A stretch of 64,000 nucleotides of DNA from Dudresnaya verticillata (GCA_977862235.1 OZ374564.1:1240001-1304000); one strand, 5' to 3'; positions 1 through 9,592 are shown, counted from the first letter of the stretch. The notes: generated by a model not told the origin, from the sequence alone. Numbers and translations: made by a program.

Positions 1-111
1 TCCCCTCTGGGTTCCTCCCGCTCTACCACCGCTACCAGGTACCCGCTCTGTGGCTTTCTCATTGAGTGCACTCTTTGAGTTCACAAGAGACCCAAAAGGC
101 ACTTCCTTACA
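1..111 (+). repeat. 3' part of LTR (cut by window edge)
   Basis: Matches 9367-9477; ends CCTTACA, 2 nt before the PBS. Confidence 0.85.
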
Positions 112-113
112 TC

Positions 114-131
114 TGGTCTCCCGACCTAGAA
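114..131 (+). promoter_or_regulatory. Primer-binding site, probably tRNA-Tyr (also 9480-9497, 18846-18863, 28212-28229, 37578-37595)
   Basis: TGGTCTCCCGACCTAGAA is complementary to a tRNA 3' end …TTCTAGGTCGGGAGACCA. G72 and A73 fit the C1:G72/A73 identity elements of eukaryotic tRNA-Tyr. Confidence 0.75.
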
Positions 132-226
132 CTTCAAGGTTGATGAGCCGTTAAGAGGACGACGAATATCGTAACCCAATTGGATACTGAAGAAAATCAA
201 CCCACCAAGGCCCCTGTTACTCCAAG

Positions 227-2260
227 ATGTCAACTCACTCTCAAAGTAGTTCCCGTCGTGGTCAGAAGGCGGAGCAGACCCCATTGGTCCCCCCAGTTGA
301 GGACCCGGAGTCTTTTCTCCACCCTCCGAGAACTCCTGGAGTAGAACAAGAGGAACCGCCTGGTCAAGCATCCACCAATCCCGTAACAGGTAAACCCTTA
401 GCCGGTCCTTCGAAAGAAGTCGCAAGGCAGCCCCCGCTACATTCCAACCGTAACCATTGGGTCAATACTGATCTGATGCCCCGTCTGATCAACTGGCTAC
501 ATGATGCGTTGACCCTTCGGTTACCTCAAACGGTTGAACCACTAGTGGGACACTTTCTAGAGGAACAAGGTCCAAGGACACTCTCAGAGTTTGCCGCCAC
601 GGCTACTGACAAGTTAGTCCAGTCATGGACCACTCAGCCGGACAGTAGTCCAATCTATGGGATGCTTACCAAAATGGTTCCCCCGTTGGTCGCTCAGTCT
701 CTCGAGGCCTATGGGCAAGCAGCGGACCCTTCAACTGGACCAAAGTCTAAACCCACAGGGGAAACCAAAGTGGAAAATAAGGAGGATGATGTCGTCCCTC
801 CTAGCATCGTTCTACCAACCAAAACTGGTGATATAAAAAAGGAACCCGAAGGGGGTTTGTCGGACTCCGAAGGTAGTAAGAGTAACCGACAAGGATCGAA
901 GTCCAAGAATTCTAAAAAGAAGAAGAAGAAGGACAAACGAAAGAAAAATAAGAAGAAACATCACTCATCTGAGTCTGACTCATCGTCAGTTACCTCAGAT
1001 GGTTCAAGTTCGGATGATTCATCCGATGATGACCGACGGCGCCGTCGCCGGTCGTCTAAACCTACAAAGGTCAGGAGGATTAAACCCCTTAACGACCTAT
1101 TTACCCGAGTGGTTAGCTTTCAAAGTTACCGATTAGACAACCGCTCAAGGCTTTACTCTTCGAGAATCTCTCGGAAAGTAAATACCTACTATAAGAGGAT
1201 GGCTATTCAGATGCCACCCTCTCGGTTTTCGGGGGTAGACCCGATTAACACCTTGGGTTTCCTAGCAAGGTTCAAGCATGCCTGTAACCACAATGATATC
1301 CATGAAGGAGCTGCCGTTTGGTTACTACAATATTTTATGGCAGGAACCGCAAGGGACAACCTTCAGGCGAGGCTCCAGACAAGAACCAGTATGGTCGTAG
1401 ACTATGAAGATGAGGGAGATTTATTAACAACGTACCCTGAAGTGGTTAATTACCTTTTGGAAACTTATGCTACCGATGAGGTTATTGCACTAGCCTATGC
1501 CGACGTGATTTCGTTGCGACAAGCAGAGGGCAAAACGGAACGGGACTTCGCAGAGTTAGTAAGAGCCAGAGCTCGCCGTTGCGGGTCGGTGTTCACTGAA
1601 CACCGCCTCAAGGCGATCTTCGTTGATGGGCTCCTCCCTAGTATCCGTGCACCGGTTCGTAACCGATTGGCTTCCTCAAAGAGTTTGTCCTACACCCATA
1701 TTACACAGTATGCACAAGATCTTGGGGAAGCTCACAGGAGTACACGTGGGACGACTAACCTAAAGGGTAAAAGGGGAGTAATTCCCGTCGCCGCGGTTAG
1801 CTTCGAGAAACCGCCGTCTCACTCCGTGAGTACGTCGACAGCTACCTCCGAGGGTTTACCGGGAATGGAAGACATTCATGAAGAGGAGATTTTCCAACTT
1901 GGTGAAGAATTATCTAACCAGTCTATGACACCCCCGTCTTCGATAACCACAGTAGGATCCCGAGATGGTGCGCCGATACGGGCATGTTGGATCTGTGTTA
2001 ACCCAGACCACATGGCACATGAATGTCCATTGGTAACCCCCGCGGTTCGCGCTGGCATAATTGCTTCCAGAAGGCAAAACCTCTATGGTTTAGCTCGGGC
2101 CCGAGCCATGCAAGGTAATCGACAAGGTAACCCCGGGGCCTCCTCCTCAACCGGCCATCCGGGCCCCACCCAGGCTAGACGCACGGGATCACCCTCAGTG
2201 GAGCCCTCAAAGGCAGCTCAAGGAGTTTCCATTGCGGAAAACGTGGAGGAGGAGGCATAA
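227..2260 (+). CDS. gag: Gag polyprotein, 677 aa, intact
   Basis: Capsid-like core (FSGVDPINTLGFLARFKHAC…LRQAEGKTERDFA…FVDGL), CX2CX4HX4C knuckle CWICVNPDHMAHEC, long Lys/Ser-rich N-terminal extension. Confidence 0.92.
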   Translation: MSTHSQSSSRRGQKAEQTPLVPPVEDPESFLHPPRTPGVEQEEPPGQASTNPVTGKPLAGPSKEVARQPPLHSNRNHWVNTDLMPRLINWLHDALTLRLPQTVEPLVGHFLEEQGPRTLSEFAATATDKLVQSWTTQPDSSPIYGMLTKMVPPLVAQSLEAYGQAADPSTGPKSKPTGETKVENKEDDVVPPSIVLPTKTGDIKKEPEGGLSDSEGSKSNRQGSKSKNSKKKKKKDKRKKNKKKHHSSESDSSSVTSDGSSSDDSSDDDRRRRRRSSKPTKVRRIKPLNDLFTRVVSFQSYRLDNRSRLYSSRISRKVNTYYKRMAIQMPPSRFSGVDPINTLGFLARFKHACNHNDIHEGAAVWLLQYFMAGTARDNLQARLQTRTSMVVDYEDEGDLLTTYPEVVNYLLETYATDEVIALAYADVISLRQAEGKTERDFAELVRARARRCGSVFTEHRLKAIFVDGLLPSIRAPVRNRLASSKSLSYTHITQYAQDLGEAHRSTRGTTNLKGKRGVIPVAAVSFEKPPSHSVSTSTATSEGLPGMEDIHEEEIFQLGEELSNQSMTPPSSITTVGSRDGAPIRACWICVNPDHMAHECPLVTPAVRAGIIASRRQNLYGLARARAMQGNRQGNPGASSSTGHPGPTQARRTGSPSVEPSKAAQGVSIAENVEEEA

Positions 2261-2279
2261 CGACGCATGCCCCCTCCTC
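2236..2279 (+). promoter_or_regulatory. Putative -1 ribosomal frameshift signal (slippery G_GAA_AAC + stem-loop); present in all units
   Basis: The heptamer at 2236-2242 is in gag frame and the pol frame is -1 relative to it. GAGGAGGAGGCAT (2246-2258) pairs with ATGCCCCCTCCTC (2267-2279) with one mismatch. Confidence 0.75.
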
Positions 2280-2415
2280 AAATATGCGCCTTCCAGAACC
2301 CGTATTACGACCCGATGTCGTGGATAACCTGGAGGGTGATGACTATGATGAAGTATGTTTACTTAAGAAGCAAAACTACAAAGTGGATCTATCGTTAGGG
2401 GTCTGGTCATCTTAG

Positions 2416-5400
2416 ATGATATCCGCAAGGGGCGTGATTGATTCTGGCGCCGGACCCAATCTGGTTCATGTTAAAATTTTACCTAATGGTTGGGAAAAGC
2501 GAGCCAAACCCTATAAGGAAACCACGCGTAGCATCGTTGACGCTTCTAATAATCGAATATTACCTCTAGGAGTCATCCCCTTGTATATCCGTGTCGGTAA
2601 TCTCTATACGAAGACCCATTTTCTGGTTGTTGCTAATATGCCTGCCGAAGTTATACTTGGTACAGCCTTCATCGATCGGCATGTCACAGCCATCATGCCG
2701 GGACCCCGAAGGTTACTCTTGAAGGATGCCCCAGCCGTACCTATCCTCGGTGTTTCCATGGGAGGAATTACTGCTCCCGATGCCACACAACCAACGGTTT
2801 CTACCAGAGTGAGAATAGCCAAAGACTGGGTCATACCTCCTAGGTCACGTTCATTCGTGCCGGTGAGAACCAGCGCATCTGGATTATGCCTGGTTCAAAA
2901 TATCCCGCGGTCACTACATAAGTCGTTAACCATTATGGAAAACGGGATCAGGGACGTTCTTCCGATGGAAGTTTTCCCTGTGCTAATGACCAATTTTGGT
3001 GATCGCCCTGCTCGCTTGAAAAAGACGCAAGTAGTAGGCCATGCGTTACCACGGCCGGATCAGGTTTTGAGCATTGGAACTTTACAAGAAGCTCCCCAGT
3101 CGGATACCCAGGGGGAGAAGCCAAAGGCGGAACCCAGTTGGGAAGACACTGTCCATATAGGTGTCGAAGACAGTGCTACTCGATCCCAAATCATGGAAAT
3201 GCTTCAAGAGTATCAAGAAATGTGGTCAGGCCAACTGGGCACCATTAAGGCCACTCAGCACAGGATTGAGTTGATGGACGGGGGAAAACCCATCTATCAA
3301 CACCCTTATAGAGCTGGCCCTAAAGCTCGGGAAGCCGAAAAGGCGAAAGTACAACGAATGTTACGCGAAGGCGTTATTGAACCCTCTGGGGCAGAATGGG
3401 CCAGTCCCGTAGTCCTGGTGGCCAAACCGGATGGGTCTCTACGTTTTTGCGTCGACTATCGCCGACTTAATAGTATTACTCGGAGAGATTCCTATCCGTT
3501 ACCTCGAATGGACGAATGTATCGACTCGCTGGGAGACGCTAAGATATTTACGACGCTCGACTGTAATAGTGGCTATTGGCAAGTTGAAGTCGATCCCGAC
3601 GATCGCGATAAGACGACGTTCACCTGCCACGAAGGATTATACCGTTTTATCAGGATGCCATTTGGTCTCAAGAATGCGCCCGCCACATTCCAACGGGCAG
3701 TCGACATTATATTATCTCGATGCAAGTGGCAATACGCTTTGGTTTACCTCGACGACGTTGTTGTGTACTCTCGGAGTATTAATGACCACTTCCACCATTT
3801 AGGTACTGTGCTTGATCTACTAAGAACCGCAGGGGTTTCTCTTAAGTTATCTAAGTGTAAGTTCTTCGAGGCGTCCGTCGATTACCTCGGCCATGTCATA
3901 CGCCCAGGAAAAAAGCTGGAAGTCGCCTCCAAGAACGTTACCGCACTACGCCAGGCGAAACCTCCCACGGATCAAACCGATTTAAGGTCATTTCTTGGAG
4001 TATGTAACGTCTATCGACGCTTCGTCCCTAATTATGCACGCATTGCGTCTCCGCTCTGCAGGAAACTCCGCAAGGATCAACCCTTCACTTTTGAGTCACT
4101 CGCAGAGGATGAATACGACGCCTTCGACGAACTCCGGCGTCGTCTTTTAACGGCACCCATATTGGCGTTACCTCGAAAGGGATTCCGTTATTACGTAGAT
4201 ACCGATACGTGCGACCTTCAGGTTGGCTGTTGTTTACTTCAAGAAACCGAACAAGGGGATAAGCTGCCTATTGGTTATTGGAGTCGCACTCTTAATTCCG
4301 CCGAGCGTAATTATTCGGCTACCGAACGGGAATGTCTCGCCGTTGTATGGAGTCTTTTAACACTCCGACCTTACCTTGAAGGTGACCGCTTTACGGTTAG
4401 AACCGACCACGAACCACTTCAGTGGTTGCTAAACCTCTCGGATGCATCGGGTCGCCTAGCCCGTTGGCGTTTACGACTCTCGGAGTTCGACTTCCTAGTC
4501 ACCTATAATCCTGGAAGGGAACATCATTTGGCAGACACCATGTCACGGCTTTCGACTCCAGGGAGTGACCAAACCCCATTAGACGATGACATCCCCTGTT
4601 TTGCCCTCGCGGTTGAACATAGCACCCCGCGTCAGCTCAATTTACCCACCGTCCGTGACTTGGCAAACCAAAAGGGTTTACCCCGTCAGGTTAATAAGCA
4701 AGAACTCCTCGAGGCACAATCAAAGGATGAGTACTGCCAAAAGATGGCTAACCAAGTTGGTATCGCTGGCTCCCAATTCCAGTGGGACCATAATGGTTTT
4801 CTAATCCGCCAAGCGACACTCGATGGAGCACTTCAGATAGTAGTGCCAAAGTCCCTGCGTCCCCGCATCCTATATTTGGCCCACTATCCTCTCCTCTCTG
4901 GACACCCTGGTGGTTCAAGGATGTACTACACCCTCCGGCGACAGTTTTATTGGCCGTATATGGCTAATGACGCATATGCCGTTGTGGATGACTGTACTAA
5001 GTGTGTCCAAAATCGGGGTACCGTACGGAAACATCAGAACTACCTTAAGCTATTTCCCGCCGCTGGCCCACTGGAATTCCTTGCTATGGATCTCGCGGGA
5101 CCTTTCCCCAAAACAGAGCACGGCAACCGTTTCGTCCTGGTTATTACCGATCGGTTTTCTAAGCTTACGCGCGCCATACCTTTACGGAATACCAATGCCC
5201 GCACGGTCGCACAAGTTTTTCTGGACCACTGGGTCTACCCTTACGGTGTCCCGTTATATGTGCTTTCCGATAATGGTCCACAGTTCGTGTCCAAGTTCTT
5301 CGCCACGATCTGCCAAACCCTGGGGTTACGTCAGTTATTCACAACCGCTTACCACCCCCAGACCAACGGTCAGGTCGAACGATTCAATAAGACCCTTGTC

Positions 5401-6249
5401 CAACGGTTACGTCATTATGTCGCGGATCATCAGCGTGACTGGGACAGTTACGTGCATCCGCTTACCTATGCGTATAACCTTCAGGTTCACCGCTCGACGG
5501 GTACTTCACCTTTTGATCTCGTCCTGTCCCGGCAACCTTCGGTTATACCTCTCCAAGGTTCCCCCACCACGGGTCTTACTAATCAGTTGGATTCTCAACT
5601 CACCGTTGCTTCTGTCAAGCGTTTAACCATTCGGAAACTTCAACAGGCCATTGCAACGGCTCGGGGCACCCTCACGGCTGCCCAACAACGGTATAAATCG
5701 GCCTTTGATACCTCCATGGCACGGCCTTTTTCGGTTACCATCGGTGATTGGGTCTATCTGGACCGTCCTAAGTTCACGAAACGCCAAGTTGGTGAACGAC
5801 AGGCTTCCCTCGTCGACCCCGCCGAGGAGCAGAACCTTTCTAGGAAACTTTTGCCCAAAGCGACCGGACCCTTTTTGGTTACAGCCGTTAATCCCAACCA
5901 TACGGTTACGATTAAGCAATACGGGCTTTTTAATACCGTTTCGCAAGACCGTATTTCGGTTGACCCTCATCGTGGACCCCGAACTCCCCTAGCCGACCCG
6001 GAGATAACGCAGGATGCGCCTTCGGCTCCTCCACCGCCTACTACCCAACCCCAGTCGGATTACTATACAGTTGACCACTTGGTTAAGCACCGTGTCACCG
6101 ACAGTGGTTACCAATACAAGGTTCGCTGGTATGGTTACGCCCCCAATGATGATACTTGGGAGCCCCCCGCGCACATCCCTCACAACTTTGTGTTACGCTA
6201 CTGGCGCCGGCTTGACCAGACGCCACCGCCCGGAGCTGGGGGGGTGTAG
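2416..6249 (+). CDS. pol: Pol polyprotein: protease, reverse transcriptase, RNase H, integrase, chromodomain (preceded by in-frame TAG 2413-2415)
   Basis: Protease VIDSGAGPN; RT LRFCVDYRRLN, MPFGLKNAPATFQR, YLDD; RNase H ERNYSATERECLA, TDH; integrase HHCC, SDNGPQF, YHPQTNGQVERFN, GPF; chromodomain YTVDHLV…YKVRWYGY…DTWEP. Confidence 0.97.
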   Translation: MISARGVIDSGAGPNLVHVKILPNGWEKRAKPYKETTRSIVDASNNRILPLGVIPLYIRVGNLYTKTHFLVVANMPAEVILGTAFIDRHVTAIMPGPRRLLLKDAPAVPILGVSMGGITAPDATQPTVSTRVRIAKDWVIPPRSRSFVPVRTSASGLCLVQNIPRSLHKSLTIMENGIRDVLPMEVFPVLMTNFGDRPARLKKTQVVGHALPRPDQVLSIGTLQEAPQSDTQGEKPKAEPSWEDTVHIGVEDSATRSQIMEMLQEYQEMWSGQLGTIKATQHRIELMDGGKPIYQHPYRAGPKAREAEKAKVQRMLREGVIEPSGAEWASPVVLVAKPDGSLRFCVDYRRLNSITRRDSYPLPRMDECIDSLGDAKIFTTLDCNSGYWQVEVDPDDRDKTTFTCHEGLYRFIRMPFGLKNAPATFQRAVDIILSRCKWQYALVYLDDVVVYSRSINDHFHHLGTVLDLLRTAGVSLKLSKCKFFEASVDYLGHVIRPGKKLEVASKNVTALRQAKPPTDQTDLRSFLGVCNVYRRFVPNYARIASPLCRKLRKDQPFTFESLAEDEYDAFDELRRRLLTAPILALPRKGFRYYVDTDTCDLQVGCCLLQETEQGDKLPIGYWSRTLNSAERNYSATERECLAVVWSLLTLRPYLEGDRFTVRTDHEPLQWLLNLSDASGRLARWRLRLSEFDFLVTYNPGREHHLADTMSRLSTPGSDQTPLDDDIPCFALAVEHSTPRQLNLPTVRDLANQKGLPRQVNKQELLEAQSKDEYCQKMANQVGIAGSQFQWDHNGFLIRQATLDGALQIVVPKSLRPRILYLAHYPLLSGHPGGSRMYYTLRRQFYWPYMANDAYAVVDDCTKCVQNRGTVRKHQNYLKLFPAAGPLEFLAMDLAGPFPKTEHGNRFVLVITDRFSKLTRAIPLRNTNARTVAQVFLDHWVYPYGVPLYVLSDNGPQFVSKFFATICQTLGLRQLFTTAYHPQTNGQVERFNKTLVQRLRHYVADHQRDWDSYVHPLTYAYNLQVHRSTGTSPFDLVLSRQPSVIPLQGSPTTGLTNQLDSQLTVASVKRLTIRKLQQAIATARGTLTAAQQRYKSAFDTSMARPFSVTIGDWVYLDRPKFTKRQVGERQASLVDPAEEQNLSRKLLPKATGPFLVTAVNPNHTVTIKQYGLFNTVSQDRISVDPHRGPRTPLADPEITQDAPSAPPPPTTQPQSDYYTVDHLVKHRVTDSGYQYKVRWYGYAPNDDTWEPPAHIPHNFVLRYWRRLDQTPPPGAGGV
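6232..6244 (+). promoter_or_regulatory. Internal PPT-like tract at the end of pol, directly followed by TGTA (all units)
   Basis: GGAGCTGGGGGGG|TGTAGG. Confidence 0.5.
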
Positions 6250-6494
6250 GTGTCATGGATTTTCGCGGACCCCAAAGTACACATCGCGAAACGTCACTCA
6301 GAGAGTCAGCGCCACCCAATCAACAGGCTTCGCGACGGCGTTATCTCATGGAGTCAAATGAATCAGCACTAGGTCCTACCCCTCTTCACTTTTTCTATTT
6401 ATTCTACGCTACTTGCCTACAGTACACTGCACTCTTTTAGAAACCAAGACAAAGGACAGCCACACAGGGAGGTACAACACAAGACAGAAGATAT

Positions 6495-6500
6495 TTTATT
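6495..6500 (-). terminator. Poly(A) signal for the antisense gene (all units)
   Basis: AATAAA on the minus strand ~45 nt after the stop at 6545, followed by a GU-rich tract (CTTCTGTCTTGTGTTGT…TGTGTGG…TTTGTCTTGGTTT). Confidence 0.6.
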
Positions 6501-6544
6501 GGACACTCGTCAGGTCACCCTAGAGGCTCATCTAATTAGAGTAC

Positions 6545-8881
6545 CTACTGGTAACGGGAACGTTTCCCAACCGACTCCTCGAAGTCGCCCGAACGAGAAG
6601 ACGCAAGGCGACGGGGTTGGAAAGGAGACGCCCTACGAGTCTCAGCAGGCGTGGTAGCTCCAGGAGTCGCTTCGGGCAGCGCCGCTCGGCTCCCTACCTC
6701 CACGGGAGTAGCCATACTGGTAGTAACCCCGGTAGGAAGAGGCTGCGTCACCTGATAGGTAGAGGAGCCAGCTGGAGTCTCCTTAGGCGGCCCCCCCACA
6801 ACCATCTTGGTAATATCCGACGGAGCAGCGGATTGCCGTTCAGCTCCCTGAACGGGCCCCGGTGACGCCAGAGCCAAAGGGTCACCCGGTTGATAGTTCA
6901 CCACTTGGGTTAGCGAATCGGTCGCGCCACGAGCGGAAGTCTTCGGCTGAATATCGCTCTTGCGTAAGACCTCCCGGGTGAACTTGGTACAGGAGGTGAC
7001 GAAACTCGTGGAGTTCTGCGGCATCGCCGCCGCCATGCTCGCAAGAGACGCCCGGACGTTGGCCACTTCGGTTCCCAAACGGTCCATCGTTGCCATATGG
7101 TTACCCAGTTGGTTCACTTCGAAGTTCCCCATCTGGGCCACCTCCCGGAGTAACCAAGTCAGGAGGGCCTCCTTCGACACCCACTCCCGAGCGGCATCCA
7201 GAGCCTCCTCTACAGTTGCCGGTACCGGAACCTTTGCAGCGCGACACGCCTCTTGAAGTCGACCAAATTTAAGGTGACCAGAGGTAGAAAGGGTCGTTCC
7301 AGCTGGGACCGTCGCTGCACAAGAGGGACCACTCGGTGAAGCCAATGGGTTAACTTGTCAAGCCGCTGCTTCGCGAGTGACCATCGGGGGTATGCCAGTG
7401 GAGGGTGCCCGTGCGGGTGTCGCCGGACGCGCCTCACGCATTTGCGTTACTGTCCCCGGTGCCGCTCGTGGCTTTGGAGTCCCCGGACGCGCCCCCAGAC
7501 CCAGGCGCGCAGTCCTCGCTGGAGTCACTGGCCCTGACGCTGCTCGCGCCCGGTCGGGGTAACCACTGTAGGTGGGTGCCTCATCGTCGTCGACCACTTG
7601 GTTTCTCTCCGAGTTCGGCCCCATGTGACCCCAGCCACGACCCATATTCCCTGCCTCCCCAAAGGAGTAGAGAGGCGGACCAGGACGGTTGTCAACGATA
7701 TGTCGCCTACCAAATCGGCCAACCGCTTCGGCAACCTCAGGGTCATACGCAACCCAGACCTCGCCGGCGGCCCACTTGAAGGTCTCCGATGCGGTTAGTA
7801 GTCCCGCCAAGTCGTCACCCGCAAAGGTACTACCCCCACAAATGAGGTCAACCCCGAGGGTGCGAATGGCCTCGATGAGTGTCTTGGACAAGCGGAAGAG
7901 ACGACCATCCGGTAGACCATCTTGGGTATGATAACCAGCTTCGGTATAGGGCGTCGCGTCCCACATGCCAAAGTAGGCTGCCTGAAGAAAGGCCAGTGCT
8001 ACGTGGAGTACCTGCTCGGTTTTGGAGATTGACCACACCGGGTAATACCACTTCGCCGCAGATTCACGCGCATGGGCGCTGAAGTACACCAAAACTCCTG
8101 GAGTTAACGACGGCAAGGAGCGCGGACCTTCGATGGCGTGCCACCAGCTGGGTTTCTTCACATAGTAATCACGACGCCGACCCATGGGGATATTCCACAT
8201 TTCGACGTTGTGAAACCCCGCTAGGAGAGCATCGGTACGGTTGCGGATGCGCGTCTCCGTCCAGATGTCCACTGCCCACCGCTCGGTCAACCACCACAGG
8301 TCGGGAAAAGGCTTCGACTCCAGGAGTGACTCAGGAAGTAACTTGATCTCGTTCACCCACTGGTTACCCTCAAGGAAGCGGTAGAGAGAGGGGACGTAGT
8401 CTTCTTCGAACCCGACACGCAGCCACTTGAGGTCACTACCATAATGGTTCGGAACGAGGACGCTTGGCGGACAGTGACGCAGACGCGCAACCCACTGGTT
8501 CTCGCGCTTACCCTCGGGGATCGCCCGGAAGCGGTAGGTGTCCGGATGGGTGTCCACGAGGTAACCTTGGAGTGGGAACTGCTCCAGCACCTCCTGGTTG
8601 GAAAACGCCGACAAACCGCCGTGGCCACCCATGGGGGAAGACTGGGCCATCGCGGCGTAGTAACCTCCGCGGCTTACGCAAGGCGTGACTGGAAAGACCA
8701 CGTCGGGGTTGGAGAAACGACGGCGACGGGGTGGTGAACGGCGTGGTGTTGGTTGTGGTTGACGTGGGACCATGTTGGAAAACCCTTTGAGGTGATGCTG
8801 CTGCGGAAGAGAAGTACTGCTGCACGCGGGATCGATTGTCGGCCGACGACGGTCATGGGCGTCGAACCGTCTGGATACCAA
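6545..8881 (-). CDS. Antisense accessory ORF of unknown function, unit 1; one frame interrupted by TGA at 7360-7358; first ATG at 8773
   Basis: The 507-aa and 266-aa ORFs are in the same frame (…GCT TGA CAA GTT AAC CCA TTG GCT…). Both track starts are TTG. Trp-rich globular region, Pro/Ala/Arg linker, helical segment, basic C-terminus. Confidence 0.8.
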
Positions 8882-9132
8882 ACGGTTATGATTTCGCGCG
8901 AAACGCGTGCAGGCTGCCCTGGCGTCCCGAGGACGGGCCGCAATCTCGGGGGGAGCTCTGTAATACAGTGAAGGGCTTACAGAAGTGGGCCCTCTGCCCG
9001 CGTGTATGCGCGAAAATAGCGTTACCTATAGGGCGCCAGCAGGGACAAGATGGGTAGCCTATGATTGGTCCAAGTGTCACCCTGCAGGTCAGTAGCTTAG
9101 TATCTGTCTATTTATTTTAGAAATTATAGCTT

Positions 9133-9145
9133 AGGATAGGGGGCG
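9133..9145 (+). promoter_or_regulatory. Polypurine tract before the LTR (also 18499-18511, 27865-27877, 37231-37243, 46597-46609)
   Basis: AGGATAGGGGGCG immediately before TGTATATAG. Confidence 0.7.
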
Positions 9146-9477
9146 TGTATATAGCCCAGTATGAGGGGTGCTGCCTGACAGTCGGAGTACCATATAAGGG
9201 TATCTCCCGTAGCGGTCACTGAACAGTAAAGGTAAGCACCTTCCGGCCCCAACTACGTCTCCAAGCTATCGGCACCGCAGCACACTTGTCACCCGTGCCC
9301 GGTTAACCGCCCGCCCAGTGAACTACCTTCAGTATCGTGCTTCCAATCAGGTTACGTGCCCTCGTCTCCCCTCTGGGTTCCTCCCGCTCTACCACCGCTA
9401 CCAGGTACCCGCTCTGTGGCTTTCTCATTGAGTGCACTCTTTGAGTTCACAAGAGACCCAAAAGGCACTTCCTTACA
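9146..9477 (+). repeat. LTR, 332 bp, shared by units 1 and 2
   Basis: TGTA…TACA termini between PPT and PBS; TATA-like CATATAAG near 9191. The 5' boundary is inferred from the PPT because the array has no free 5' end in the window. Confidence 0.75.
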
Positions 9478-9592
9478 TCTGGTCTCCCGACCTAGAACTT
9501 CAAGGTTGATGAGCCGTTAAGAGGACGACGAATATCGTAACCCAATTGGATACTGAAGAAAATCAACCCACCAAGGCCCCTGTTACTCCAAG

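Larger units (their letters stand above)
1..9477 (+). mobile_element. Ty3/gypsy chromodomain-type LTR retrotransposon, unit 1 (5' LTR cut by window edge; gag intact)
   Basis: LTR end, PBS, gag, PR-RT-RH-IN-CHD order, PPT, LTR. Confidence 0.96.

Noticed and set aside
3431..6440. Short overlapping ORFs within pol (e.g. 238 aa at 4910-5626) and their copies
   Set aside because: Shadow frames with no recognisable motifs; their recurrence only reflects the array.
6545..8881. Antisense ORF as an env gene
   Set aside because: It is in the opposite orientation, and I see no signal peptide, furin site plus fusion peptide, or C-terminal TM anchor.
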